Notes: generated by a model not told the origin, from the letters alone. A stretch of DNA of 27,565 nucleotides from an uncultured archaeon (GCA_964468895.1 CAYXWT010000001.1:10593-38157), one strand, 5' to 3'; counted from the first letter of the stretch, positions 17,875 to 26,099 are shown. Made by a program: numbers and translations.

Positions 17875-19059
17875 ATGAAATATAAATACATAATAGTTTT
17901 ATTTTTAATAATAATTACATTTAGTGTATGTGATAACCTTAATGCAGAAGTTATTGATGAAAAATCATTTTATGATTTAGATTTTGATAATTTTGTAGTA
18001 TTAAAAGATCAAAATATATGTCAAGAAATTATCATTAAAGATTTAGCAAGTTCTAAAAATTCAAAAACAATATTACAATTAAATATTGAAAATTATATCT
18101 ATTCTAGTGATGGATTAGAAATTGATGTGTATTTAAATAATTTAAAAGAAAAAGAATTAAAAAATAAAGAAATTATTAAAAAAAATATAATTGAATTGTA
18201 TAATTTTAAGAAAAATGAAACTAACACTCTTAAAATTTGTGTGGATAATTCATTTCTTCCAAAAATCATATTTTCTAAAAAAAGTATAGTTGGAAATTAT
18301 TTATTAGCAGAAATTCTACAAACTAATTTTAAACAAATTATACCTTCTACAATAGAGAGTGATTCGTTAATACCTATAGAAATAATTGTTAAAAACACAG
18401 GCTTTGCACCAATAAATATAGAATTAGATAATGCTAATAGTAAATATCTTAAAAATGTAGATTTAGAAAATGTTTCAGGACAAACACAATATGAAGGAGT
18501 TATAGATAGCAAAGATACAATTAAACTAAAATATTTTATTAAAACAGGCTTAAATACAAAGTTTATATCTCCAAGAGCTGTATTAAAATACATAACAGAA
18601 TTTGGAGAAAAAAAAGAGTTAAAAACAGATTTAATAGTTATAAATACAATTAATAAACAATCTAAATTAGAAGCATATGTAGATATTCCTAGAGAAATTA
18701 TAAATAATGAGGAAATAAAAGGAAAAATTATTCTTAAAAATAATTCTGAAGATAATATTAAAGAAGTTTATATAGAACCAAATACAGAATTATATCTTGA
18801 ATTTAATAATAAAGATATTATTAAAATATCCAAAAAAGATATTATTGAAGTTCCTTTTACAATAAAAAGTTTTAATACAGGTGATTATAAATTAAGTTTT
18901 AACTATGTTTATGATGTTGAAAATGATTTAAACAAACATACTTTAGGTTCCGAATTATTAACTATTAATTCAAAAAACAAAAGTAACTACCTTTCAGAAA
19001 TAATAGGATCTTTAATTTTAGTATTTATAATAATTTATATTTGGGCTTTCAAATTTTAA
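17875..19059 (+). CDS. Cell-surface protein with two Ig-like/CARDB-like beta-sandwich modules, a signal peptide and a C-terminal TM anchor (394 aa).
   Basis: Signal peptide MKYKYIIVLFLIIITFSVCDNLNA. The modules centre on IPIEIIVKNTGFAPINIELDN and IKGKIILKNNSEDNIKEVYIEPN. C-terminal anchor IIGSLILVFIIIYIWAF. Confidence 0.7.
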   Translation: MKYKYIIVLFLIIITFSVCDNLNAEVIDEKSFYDLDFDNFVVLKDQNICQEIIIKDLASSKNSKTILQLNIENYIYSSDGLEIDVYLNNLKEKELKNKEIIKKNIIELYNFKKNETNTLKICVDNSFLPKIIFSKKSIVGNYLLAEILQTNFKQIIPSTIESDSLIPIEIIVKNTGFAPINIELDNANSKYLKNVDLENVSGQTQYEGVIDSKDTIKLKYFIKTGLNTKFISPRAVLKYITEFGEKKELKTDLIVINTINKQSKLEAYVDIPREIINNEEIKGKIILKNNSEDNIKEVYIEPNTELYLEFNNKDIIKISKKDIIEVPFTIKSFNTGDYKLSFNYVYDVENDLNKHTLGSELLTINSKNKSNYLSEIIGSLILVFIIIYIWAFKF

Positions 19060-19075
19060 AATTATATAAAAAGTG

Positions 19076-20839
19076 TTAAATAATTCTTTTAAACAATTTA
19101 TCTAAATCTTTTCTAGAATATACTAAAATTGCAGGTCTTCCATGAGCACAAATAGTTTTATCTTTACATTGATTTAAATCTATTATTAATTTTTTTTGTT
19201 CTGGTAAACTTAATTCTTGATTTGCTTTTATTGAAGATTTACAACTAACTAATTTTATAATTTTATCCTTAACTTTATTAAAATTTTCTTTAGGATTTGT
19301 TTTTAAATTATTTATTACATCTATAAAAAAAGGTTCTTCAAAATAATATTTTAAAAATACAGGTATAGAATTTAAAACAACTCTATTTTCTTTTAGAATA
19401 TATTCAAAACCAATTTCTTTCATTAAATTAAAATTTACCTCTAAAAAAGAAATTTGCTCTTCATTTAAATTAGATATAATTTTAGGTTGAATTAAATTTT
19501 GTGAATCTATTTGTTTATTAAGACTTATTCTGTTATGTTCTAAATTTATTCTTTCTGCAGCTGCATGTTGATCAATAATTAAAAAATGATTTTCACATTC
19601 ACACAAAATAAAGGTTTTAAATAATTGCCCTTTAATTGAAATTATTTTATAATTATCAAAAAACAAATCGTTACTAATAATATTTGAAAAATTAATTTCA
19701 GTATTATTATTAATATATTGATGATTATTAAAATTATTATTAGCTAAAGATTTAGAATTATAATCAGATTTAATTTTAGAATCTGAAAAGTTATTATTAC
19801 TAGCAGAGTTATTTTGAAATTTGGTTTGAAATAATTTTTCATTATTATTAAAATTAATTTTATTTTGAGATTCTAAAAAATTAGTAATTACTTTACTTAT
19901 TTCTTTTTCTATTTCTGAATAAAGTAATATTTCATTTTCTAATTTTATAATCTTTTTCTTTGGGTGTACATTTATATCTATAGTTTTAGGGTTAATTTCT
20001 AAAAAAAACACAAAAAATGGCTTTTGTTGAATCATTAAATAGTCTCTATAACAATTAGTTACTATTTTTTGCAATTTAGGGATATAAACACATCTATTAT
20101 TTACAAAAATAAATACTTGTGGATAATAAAAATAATTAGTTGGCTTTCCAATAATTCCTTTTAATTTAAATAAAGAATTATTTATATCAATATTTATAAT
20201 TTTATTTTTTAAATCAGAACCAAAAACTTGTAGATATCTTTGTTCTTGTGTTGTTTTTACAAATATTTCTTTCTTTCTTTCTGAATTAAAAATAAATTTT
20301 ATATTTGGGTTTTTTAAAACAGAACTTAAAAAAACATTATGAATTTTAGAAAATTCAGTATTTTTTGAATTTAAAAATTTTTTCCTTACTGGTACATTAT
20401 AAAATAAATCTTTAACAATAATAGTAGTTCCTTTTGTAGCACTTGTATCTTCTATAATATTATTTTCCAAAATACTTGCTTTGCCAGAATCATCTATAGA
20501 AGTAATTATTTTTAATTTAGAAACTGCGTTTATTGTTGAAAGAGCTTCACCTCTAAAACCAAAACTATTAATAGAATAAAGATCATCAATTTTATTTATT
20601 TTACTAGTAGTATATTTATCTAAACATATTTCTAAATCATCTTTATTTATACCAGTACCATTATCTTTAATTTCAATTAAATCTACACCTGAATTTTTAA
20701 CATTTAAAGTGATATTATCTGCTTTTGCATCAATAGAATTTTCAACTAATTCTTTTATAATATCTGCAGGACATTCTATTACTTCTCCAGCACTTATTAA
20801 ATTAATTGTATTATCATCAAGTTTTTTTATTTTATTCAT
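19076..20839 (-). CDS. mutL: DNA mismatch repair protein MutL, endonuclease-type (MutH-independent).
   Basis: GHKL ATPase N-terminus (AGEVIE.PADIIKELVENSIDA, GFRGEAL). The C-terminal endonuclease motif DQHAAAERINLE matches DQHA-x2-E-x4-E. SCK, CAHGRP and the FKR tail are present, as is the QNLIQP clamp-type motif. Confidence 0.93.
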   Translation of the reverse strand: MNKIKKLDDNTINLISAGEVIECPADIIKELVENSIDAKADNITLNVKNSGVDLIEIKDNGTGINKDDLEICLDKYTTSKINKIDDLYSINSFGFRGEALSTINAVSKLKIITSIDDSGKASILENNIIEDTSATKGTTIIVKDLFYNVPVRKKFLNSKNTEFSKIHNVFLSSVLKNPNIKFIFNSERKKEIFVKTTQEQRYLQVFGSDLKNKIINIDINNSLFKLKGIIGKPTNYFYYPQVFIFVNNRCVYIPKLQKIVTNCYRDYLMIQQKPFFVFFLEINPKTIDINVHPKKKIIKLENEILLYSEIEKEISKVITNFLESQNKINFNNNEKLFQTKFQNNSASNNNFSDSKIKSDYNSKSLANNNFNNHQYINNNTEINFSNIISNDLFFDNYKIISIKGQLFKTFILCECENHFLIIDQHAAAERINLEHNRISLNKQIDSQNLIQPKIISNLNEEQISFLEVNFNLMKEIGFEYILKENRVVLNSIPVFLKYYFEEPFFIDVINNLKTNPKENFNKVKDKIIKLVSCKSSIKANQELSLPEQKKLIIDLNQCKDKTICAHGRPAILVYSRKDLDKLFKRII

Positions 20840-20857
20840 AATATCTTTATTATATAA

Positions 20858-23374
20858 TTAATATTCAAATAGATTTTTTTGTTCTTTTTTATAAATAGAT
20901 TTAGGCTTTTCTTCTTTTTCTGAATCTATATTAATGTTAGTTTCTGAAGATAAAATAATATCACCAGGAGTTTTTAGAAAAGAATCATTTTCTAAATCTT
21001 TTTGAATATTCAAAGCTCTATTAATTACAGTATTATTAATACCTGCTAATTTTGCAACTTGTATACCATAACTTTTGTTAATACCACCAATTTGTAATTT
21101 GTGAAAGAAATGAATACTATCTCCTTCTTCTTTAGCAGTAACATGATAATTTAATATTCCTTTATATATTTCTTGCATTTTATTAAGTGTGTGATAGTGG
21201 GTTGCAACTAGTGTTTTACAAGCTATATCTTCATTAAGGTATTCGATGATAGCCCATGCAAGACTTATCCCATCATAGCTACTTGTGCCTCTTCCAACTT
21301 CATCTAATATTACTAAGCTATTTTGAGTTGTATTATTTAAAATATAAGCAACTTCAGACATTTCTACTAAAAAAGTACTTTGGCCATGTAATATATCATC
21401 ACTAGCTCCAACTCTTGTAAAAACACCATCTATTTTCCCAATTTTAGAATATTTTGCTGGAACAAAAGAGCCAATGTGTGCTAATATAACTGAAAGACAA
21501 ACACTTCTCATATAACTACTTTTTCCAGCCATATTTGGACCGGTAATTACCATAGTTTTATTAATATTATTTAAAGAACAGTCATTAGGTATAAAATCAA
21601 TTAATTGTTCTATAATTGGGTGTCTTAATTCTTTAAAAATAAGATCATTTGAATCATCTATTATAGGTTTATAATAATCATTATCATTAGTTGATTTTGC
21701 ATAAGAATAATAAGTATCTAATAAACCTATTAATTTTGAACTTTCTTGAACATCTTTTTGATATTTTAATATATTTTTACAAACTATATTAAAGATATTA
21801 TATTCTAATTCAATTCTTTTTTCTTTAGAATTAAGAATTATATTTTCTTTTTCACTTAATTCTTTTGTAGTGTATCTTTCAGAATTAACAAGTGTTTGTT
21901 TTCTTTCAAAATAATCAGGAACATTATTAGAAAAAGTTTTTGGAATTTCTATATAATATCCAAATATTTTATTAAATTTTAATCTTAAAGATTTTATATT
22001 TGTTTCAGCTTTTAATTTAGATTCATATTCAGAGATCCAATTATTTATATTTTGATGAATATTAATTAATTCATTAATTTCTTTAGAATAAGTTGATTTA
22101 ATAAATTTACCCTCTCTAACACTAAAAGGAGGCTCATCAACTATAGAATCATTAATTAAATTAAAAATATCTTTTAAATCTTTAAGATTATTTTTTATAA
22201 ATATTAGTGATTTTGAATTACAATATTTTAATATGTTTTTTAAATTAGGTATTACTTTTATACTTTGTTTTAAAGATATTAAATCTCTTGGATTAGCATT
22301 ACCAAATCCAATCTTACTAATAATTTTATCAATATCTCCGATATATGAAAGATTATTTTTTAATTCTTCTAATAAAAAAACATCTTTAGAAATTTCATCA
22401 ACAGTAATATAAATTTCATTTAGTTTATCTTTATTAGTTATAGGGTGTAATAAATTAAAATATAAACTTCTATAACCCATAGCAGTTATAGTTTTATTAA
22501 TTAAATAAAATAAACTGTTTTTTACAGAATTATTTTTTAAATTACTTACTAATTCTAAATTTCTAACAGTTTTTCTATCTAGTTTTAAATATTGACTATA
22601 ATCATATTCTTTTATATTTTGAATATAATTAATATCAGAAAATTGTGTTTTTTTAATATATTCTAAAGCATTATAAGCAGAAATTACTTTTTCAGTTTTA
22701 TTTTCTAATCCAAATACTTCTAAACTTTCAATATTAAAATGTTCTTTTAATTTAAAATAAGAAATATCATAATCTAGGTTTTCAGAATAATTTATTATAA
22801 CATTATTGAGATATTTTTTTAAAGCTTCTATATATTTATAGTTTTTAAGAATATTTTTACTTAAAAGTAATTCTTTAGGTTTTATTAATAATAATTCATC
22901 TAATAAATTATTAAAAGAAAAACATTCTCCACATTTAAATTCACCAGTAGTAATATCAATAATAGAAAAACCATATGTATCTTTTAATTTACAAATAGAA
23001 CATAAAAAATTGTTTTCATAATCTTCAGAAAATAAAGTTGAAGGAGTAATTACTCTAGTTACAGCTCTTTTTACTAATCCTTTTGCTTTTTTTGGATCTT
23101 CTATTTGTTCACAAATAACTACTTTTTTACCAGCTCTGATTAATTTAGTAATATAAGGATCAATAGAATGATAGGGTACTCCTGCTAAAGGAGCACAAGT
23201 TTCACCTTTACCTCTTTTAGTTAAAGTGATATTTAAAATTTTAGAAGCAGTTATAGCATCATCGTAAAACATTTCATAAAAATCGCCAGCTCTAAATAAC
23301 AAAATACCTTCTGGATACTTTTTTTTAGTATCAACATATTGTTTCATCATAGGTGTTAAATTAGAGCTATTCAT
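20858..23374 (-). CDS. mutS: DNA mismatch repair protein MutS (MutS1 type).
   Basis: N-terminal TPMMKQY and the mismatch-recognition motif GDFYE. Walker A GPNMAGKSS, Walker B/DE(V)GRGTS, and the STFLVEM block. 838 aa. Confidence 0.96.
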   Translation of the reverse strand: MNSSNLTPMMKQYVDTKKKYPEGILLFRAGDFYEMFYDDAITASKILNITLTKRGKGETCAPLAGVPYHSIDPYITKLIRAGKKVVICEQIEDPKKAKGLVKRAVTRVITPSTLFSEDYENNFLCSICKLKDTYGFSIIDITTGEFKCGECFSFNNLLDELLLIKPKELLLSKNILKNYKYIEALKKYLNNVIINYSENLDYDISYFKLKEHFNIESLEVFGLENKTEKVISAYNALEYIKKTQFSDINYIQNIKEYDYSQYLKLDRKTVRNLELVSNLKNNSVKNSLFYLINKTITAMGYRSLYFNLLHPITNKDKLNEIYITVDEISKDVFLLEELKNNLSYIGDIDKIISKIGFGNANPRDLISLKQSIKVIPNLKNILKYCNSKSLIFIKNNLKDLKDIFNLINDSIVDEPPFSVREGKFIKSTYSKEINELINIHQNINNWISEYESKLKAETNIKSLRLKFNKIFGYYIEIPKTFSNNVPDYFERKQTLVNSERYTTKELSEKENIILNSKEKRIELEYNIFNIVCKNILKYQKDVQESSKLIGLLDTYYSYAKSTNDNDYYKPIIDDSNDLIFKELRHPIIEQLIDFIPNDCSLNNINKTMVITGPNMAGKSSYMRSVCLSVILAHIGSFVPAKYSKIGKIDGVFTRVGASDDILHGQSTFLVEMSEVAYILNNTTQNSLVILDEVGRGTSSYDGISLAWAIIEYLNEDIACKTLVATHYHTLNKMQEIYKGILNYHVTAKEEGDSIHFFHKLQIGGINKSYGIQVAKLAGINNTVINRALNIQKDLENDSFLKTPGDIILSSETNINIDSEKEEKPKSIYKKEQKNLFEY

Positions 23375-23403
23375 AATATATCAATATTATTTAATTTTGA
23401 GAA

Positions 23404-23477
23404 TGAGATCGGCGGGATTTGAACCCGCGACACATAGGTCTTCAGCCTATTGCTCTCCCAGACTGAGCTACGATCTC
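23404..23477 (-). tRNA. tRNA-Phe (GAA).
   Basis: Hand-folded cloverleaf from the reverse complement: GAGATCG-TA-GCTC-AGTCTGGGA-GAGC-A-ATAGG-CTGAAGA-CCTAT-GTGTC-GCGGG-TTCAAAT-CCCGC-CGATCTC-A. No intron, and CCA is not encoded. Confidence 0.93.
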
Positions 23478-23487
23478 TTAATTTTTA

Positions 23488-23562
23488 TGAGCTCGGTGGG
23501 ATTTGAACCCACGACACCAAGGTTAAGAGCCTTGTGCTCTAGCCAGGCTGAGCTACGAGCCC
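23488..23562 (-). tRNA. tRNA-Lys (CTT).
   Basis: Hand-folded: GGGCTCG-TA-GCTC-AGCCTGGCTA-GAGC-A-CAAGG-CTCTTAA-CCTTG-GTGTC-GTGGG-TTCAAAT-CCCAC-CGAGCTC-A. It has a G2:U71 wobble pair. No intron and no encoded CCA. Confidence 0.93.
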
Positions 23563-23601
23563 TTAACAGTTGTCTGGGCTAACTAAATTTAATTTGATAT
23601 A

Positions 23602-23676
23602 TGAACTCAGGGGGATTCGAACCCCCGACACCTGGGTTAAAAGCCCAGTGCTCTAGCCAGGCTGAGCTATGAGTCC
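23602..23676 (-). tRNA. tRNA-Lys (TTT).
   Basis: Hand-folded: GGACTCA-TA-GCTC-AGCCTGGCTA-GAGC-A-CTGGG-CTTTTAA-CCCAG-GTGTC-GGGGG-TTCGAAT-CCCCC-TGAGTTC-A. It has a G2:U71 wobble pair. No intron and no encoded CCA. Confidence 0.93.
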
Positions 23677-23744
23677 AAAAAAAGGCTATATATAAATATT
23701 ATAATAACAATCTATATAAAAAAATAAGCTTTTATAAAATATAT

Positions 23745-24293
23745 ATGACTCAAAACATTTATAAACTTTCTATTTTAAAATTAGATCATAGACCTTTTAG
23801 AGATAAAAGAATAACAACTCATTGTGCTTTAGTAACTAGAAGCTTTGGTGCTAAAAATTTTTATTTTTCAGGTGTTGATGATAATAATTTAAAAAATGGT
23901 GTAAACGACATTACTAATAAATGGGGTGGACCTTTCAATATAGATTATATTGAGGATCCATTAAATTTTGTTATTAAAAAAAAAGAAGAAAAATATATTA
24001 TAATACATCTAACAATGTATGGAATTAATTTATTTACAGAAATAAATAATCTTAAAGAAAAAATAATTAATAAAAATACACTCATTATTGTAGGTGGCCC
24101 TAAAGTACCTAAAGAATACTATCAATTAGCAGATTATAATATTGCAATAGGTAATCAACCACATAGTGAAATATCAGCAATATCTTTAATATTATATTTA
24201 TTAAACCCTAAATTTATAGAAAATAATGAATTTAAAAATAAAAAAATAGAAATAATGCCAAATAATAATTATAAAAATATAAAAAACATTTAA
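23745..24293 (+). CDS. trm56: tRNA (cytidine56-2-prime-O)-methyltransferase aTrm56 (SPOUT family).
   Basis: Blocks match archaeal Trm56: LKLDHRPFRDKRITTHCALVTRSFGA, WGGPF, HLTMYG, VGGPKVPKEYYQLADYNIAIGNQPHSEISA. Confidence 0.9.
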   Translation: MTQNIYKLSILKLDHRPFRDKRITTHCALVTRSFGAKNFYFSGVDDNNLKNGVNDITNKWGGPFNIDYIEDPLNFVIKKKEEKYIIIHLTMYGINLFTEINNLKEKIINKNTLIIVGGPKVPKEYYQLADYNIAIGNQPHSEISAISLILYLLNPKFIENNEFKNKKIEIMPNNNYKNIKNI

Positions 24294-24353
24294 AATAAGA
24301 TTTATACTAAATATTATTAGGAATAAATTATTTTTGTTTGAGGTAGATTATAT

Positions 24354-24932
24354 TTGAGTGTAAATAAATTGAAAAAAGAATTATTTGACAATAAAGAAAC
24401 ATTAAATTTTTTAGAAAAAATTGCAGGAGATTTAGCTCCAGAAATTATTAAACTTTATAAGGCAGAAACAGCTTATTCTCCAGAACAAATATCTATTAAA
24501 TTAAATGAAAAAATAACAAATGTTAGATCTACATTAAACAGTTTACATTATAGAGGTATTGCTTGTTATAAAAAAAAGAAAAATAAAAATAACATGTATG
24601 AATTCTATTGGGGTATAAAATTTAGAAAAGTTCTTGAATTAGTTATAGAACAAGAATCTGAAAATTTTAAAAAAGCAGATAATATGATATTAGACAAAAA
24701 AGATAGAGACTATTTTAATTGTCCAAAAAATTGTATAGAAGTACCTTTTGAAATTGCAGCAGCTTATAATTTTAAATGTCCAAATTGTAATAGTACTTTA
24801 AAATTAATAAATAATAAAAATAAAATTACTAGTTTAAAAAGAAAAAAAACTAAAATTCAAAAAAATATAACTAGATTAAATGAAATTTTAAATAAAATAG
24901 TAGATCATAGTAGAGGATATATTTGTGATTAA
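24354..24932 (+). CDS. tfe: Transcription initiation factor E alpha subunit (TFE), with a TTG start.
   Basis: N-terminal winged helix (FLEKIAGDLAPEIIKLY...EQISIKLNEKITNVRSTLNSLHYRGI), then a zinc ribbon (CPKNC...CPNCNS). GAGGT at 24340-24344 lies 9 nt upstream of the TTG at 24354. The first in-frame Met codon is only at codon 81. Confidence 0.8.
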   Translation: MSVNKLKKELFDNKETLNFLEKIAGDLAPEIIKLYKAETAYSPEQISIKLNEKITNVRSTLNSLHYRGIACYKKKKNKNNMYEFYWGIKFRKVLELVIEQESENFKKADNMILDKKDRDYFNCPKNCIEVPFEIAAAYNFKCPNCNSTLKLINNKNKITSLKRKKTKIQKNITRLNEILNKIVDHSRGYICD

Positions 24933-25013
24933 TTTAACATCTTATTTTAAATCTTTTTATATATTATATATTTAATAAAGGTTACTAGTTCTAAAATTTT
25001 CTTTAATTATTTT

Positions 25014-25088
<75 letters not shown>

Positions 25089-25098
25089 TAAATTACTA

Positions 25099-25105
25099 TT
25101 TTTTT
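25099..25105 (+). terminator. Oligo-T tract (7 T) downstream of tRNAiMet. Probable archaeal terminator.
   Basis: TTTTTTT lies 11 nt after the tRNA 3-prime end. Archaeal RNA polymerase terminates at oligo-T runs. Confidence 0.4.
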
Positions 25106-25328
25106 GTTTAATAAATAAATATGTTTATAGTAATTATTACAAATTTGTAACTATTATTGGACATATTTAAATTATATTAATTAAATAAATATAAACTTAA
25201 AAAGGCTTTTAATTTAGTTATAATAACTTTAAATTACATTTTTAAACAATTTATATCTATTTAGTACTTAAAATGTAAAAATAAGCTAATTTCATCTTTT
25301 AAAAACCTATTTATAGAAACTTTCTTTA

Positions 25329-25501
25329 GTAATTACCAATTAATTTACACTAAAAATTAACAATTTATTTATAAATAAATCTCACTTATACATAAGGTAT
25401 TTGAATTTGTTTAAAATAATGTGTAATTATAGTAATTACCAACTTATAATATATATAATTACGGTAATTACAAATCTATTTAAAATAATTACGGTAATTA
25501 C
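25329..25501. repeat. Upstream cluster of the 8-bp palindrome GTAATTAC. It includes a 17-bp direct repeat ATAATTACGGTAATTAC (two copies, 30 bp apart) abutting the wHTH gene start. Probable operator or iteron array.
   Basis: Exact GTAATTAC at 25329-25336, 25432-25439, 25464-25471 and 25494-25501. Near-copies at 25130-25140 and 25423-25430. The 17-mer copies are at 25455-25471 and 25485-25501, and the ATG is at 25509. Confidence 0.6.
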
Positions 25502-25508
25502 TTATTAT

Positions 25509-26066
25509 ATGAAAAACATATTTAGGAAAAGTCTAAAAATAATTTACAATAAATTAAAAAAATATTTTAATGATGATACTAAAAGTAATCATTTAAATAA
25601 TAATGATAATAATTTGCATTTAAATATTATTAAACAAGATCATAAGAATATAATAGATGTACAACCAAAATCTAACAATAATAACAAAAATAATTGTAAT
25701 AATAATTTAATTATAAACAAAGAAAAAGATCTTATTCTTAAAAATAATTTTATTTCTGAAGAAAAAAAAGATATATCTAAAATATATACTGTTGAAGATA
25801 TAAAAAATAAATTAAAAACAATTTGGGATATTTTAAAAATAAATGACAATACTCAAGCTGAACATTTATTAAAATCAATACCATCAGATCAATGGGTTAC
25901 TATGGATGAAATAAAAAAGAAAATAACATTAGAATTTAATATAGAATATAAAAATGAAAAAAGTTTATATCCTTATTTAAAAACATTAGTAGATATAAAT
26001 TTAATTAAAATTAATAATACTGGTAAAAAAAGATCTTGGAAAAAAAATATAATTATATTAGAATAA
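25509..26066 (+). CDS. Asn-rich protein with a C-terminal winged-helix-like domain (185 aa from the ATG at 25509). Candidate binder of the flanking GTAATTAC sites.
   Basis: ORF 25401..26066. The first 36 codons (TTG start) merely translate the repeat array. The C-terminal pattern is WVTMDEIKKKITLEFNIEYKNEKSLYPYLKTLVDINLIKINNTGKKRSW. Confidence 0.6.
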   Translation: MKNIFRKSLKIIYNKLKKYFNDDTKSNHLNNNDNNLHLNIIKQDHKNIIDVQPKSNNNNKNNCNNNLIINKEKDLILKNNFISEEKKDISKIYTVEDIKNKLKTIWDILKINDNTQAEHLLKSIPSDQWVTMDEIKKKITLEFNIEYKNEKSLYPYLKTLVDINLIKINNTGKKRSWKKNIIILE

Positions 26067-26070
26067 TAAA

Positions 26071-26099
26071 GTAATTACTAGTTATTACTTAGTAATTAC
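26071..26099. repeat. Downstream cluster of three GTAATTAC-type sites spaced about one helical turn apart, in the 32-bp gap between convergent genes.
   Basis: GTAATTAC at 26071-26078, GTTATTAC at 26081-26088 and GTAATTAC at 26092-26099, giving 10-11 bp phasing. Confidence 0.55.

Noticed and set aside
1864-23374. Inteins or other insertions in RtcB, aEF-1alpha, Elp3 and MutS, and introns in the tRNAs.
   Set aside because: All four proteins have normal lengths with contiguous conserved blocks. All four tRNAs fold as canonical 74-75 nt cloverleaves with 7-nt anticodon loops, so there is no evidence for inteins or introns.
23397-23582. 61-aa plus-strand ORF (MRMRSAGFEPATHRSS...).
   Set aside because: It is the antisense reading of tRNA-Phe and tRNA-Lys(CUU). 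Its relative GC-richness comes from the tRNA genes, so it is not a protein gene.
25401-25508. TTG-initiated N-terminal extension of the 221-aa ORF (MNLFKIMCNYSNYQLIIYIITVITNLFKIITVITYY).
   Set aside because: This segment is just the translation of the GTAATTAC/17-bp repeat array (the repeated ITVIT reflects the DNA repeat). The ATG at 25509 directly after the array is the more plausible start.
25329-26099. Whether the repeated GTAATTAC units could be a CRISPR array or MITE termini.
   Set aside because: The units are only 8-17 bp, irregularly spaced (10-100 bp) and palindromic. They flank an intact gene rather than unique spacers, and no cas or transposase genes are present.
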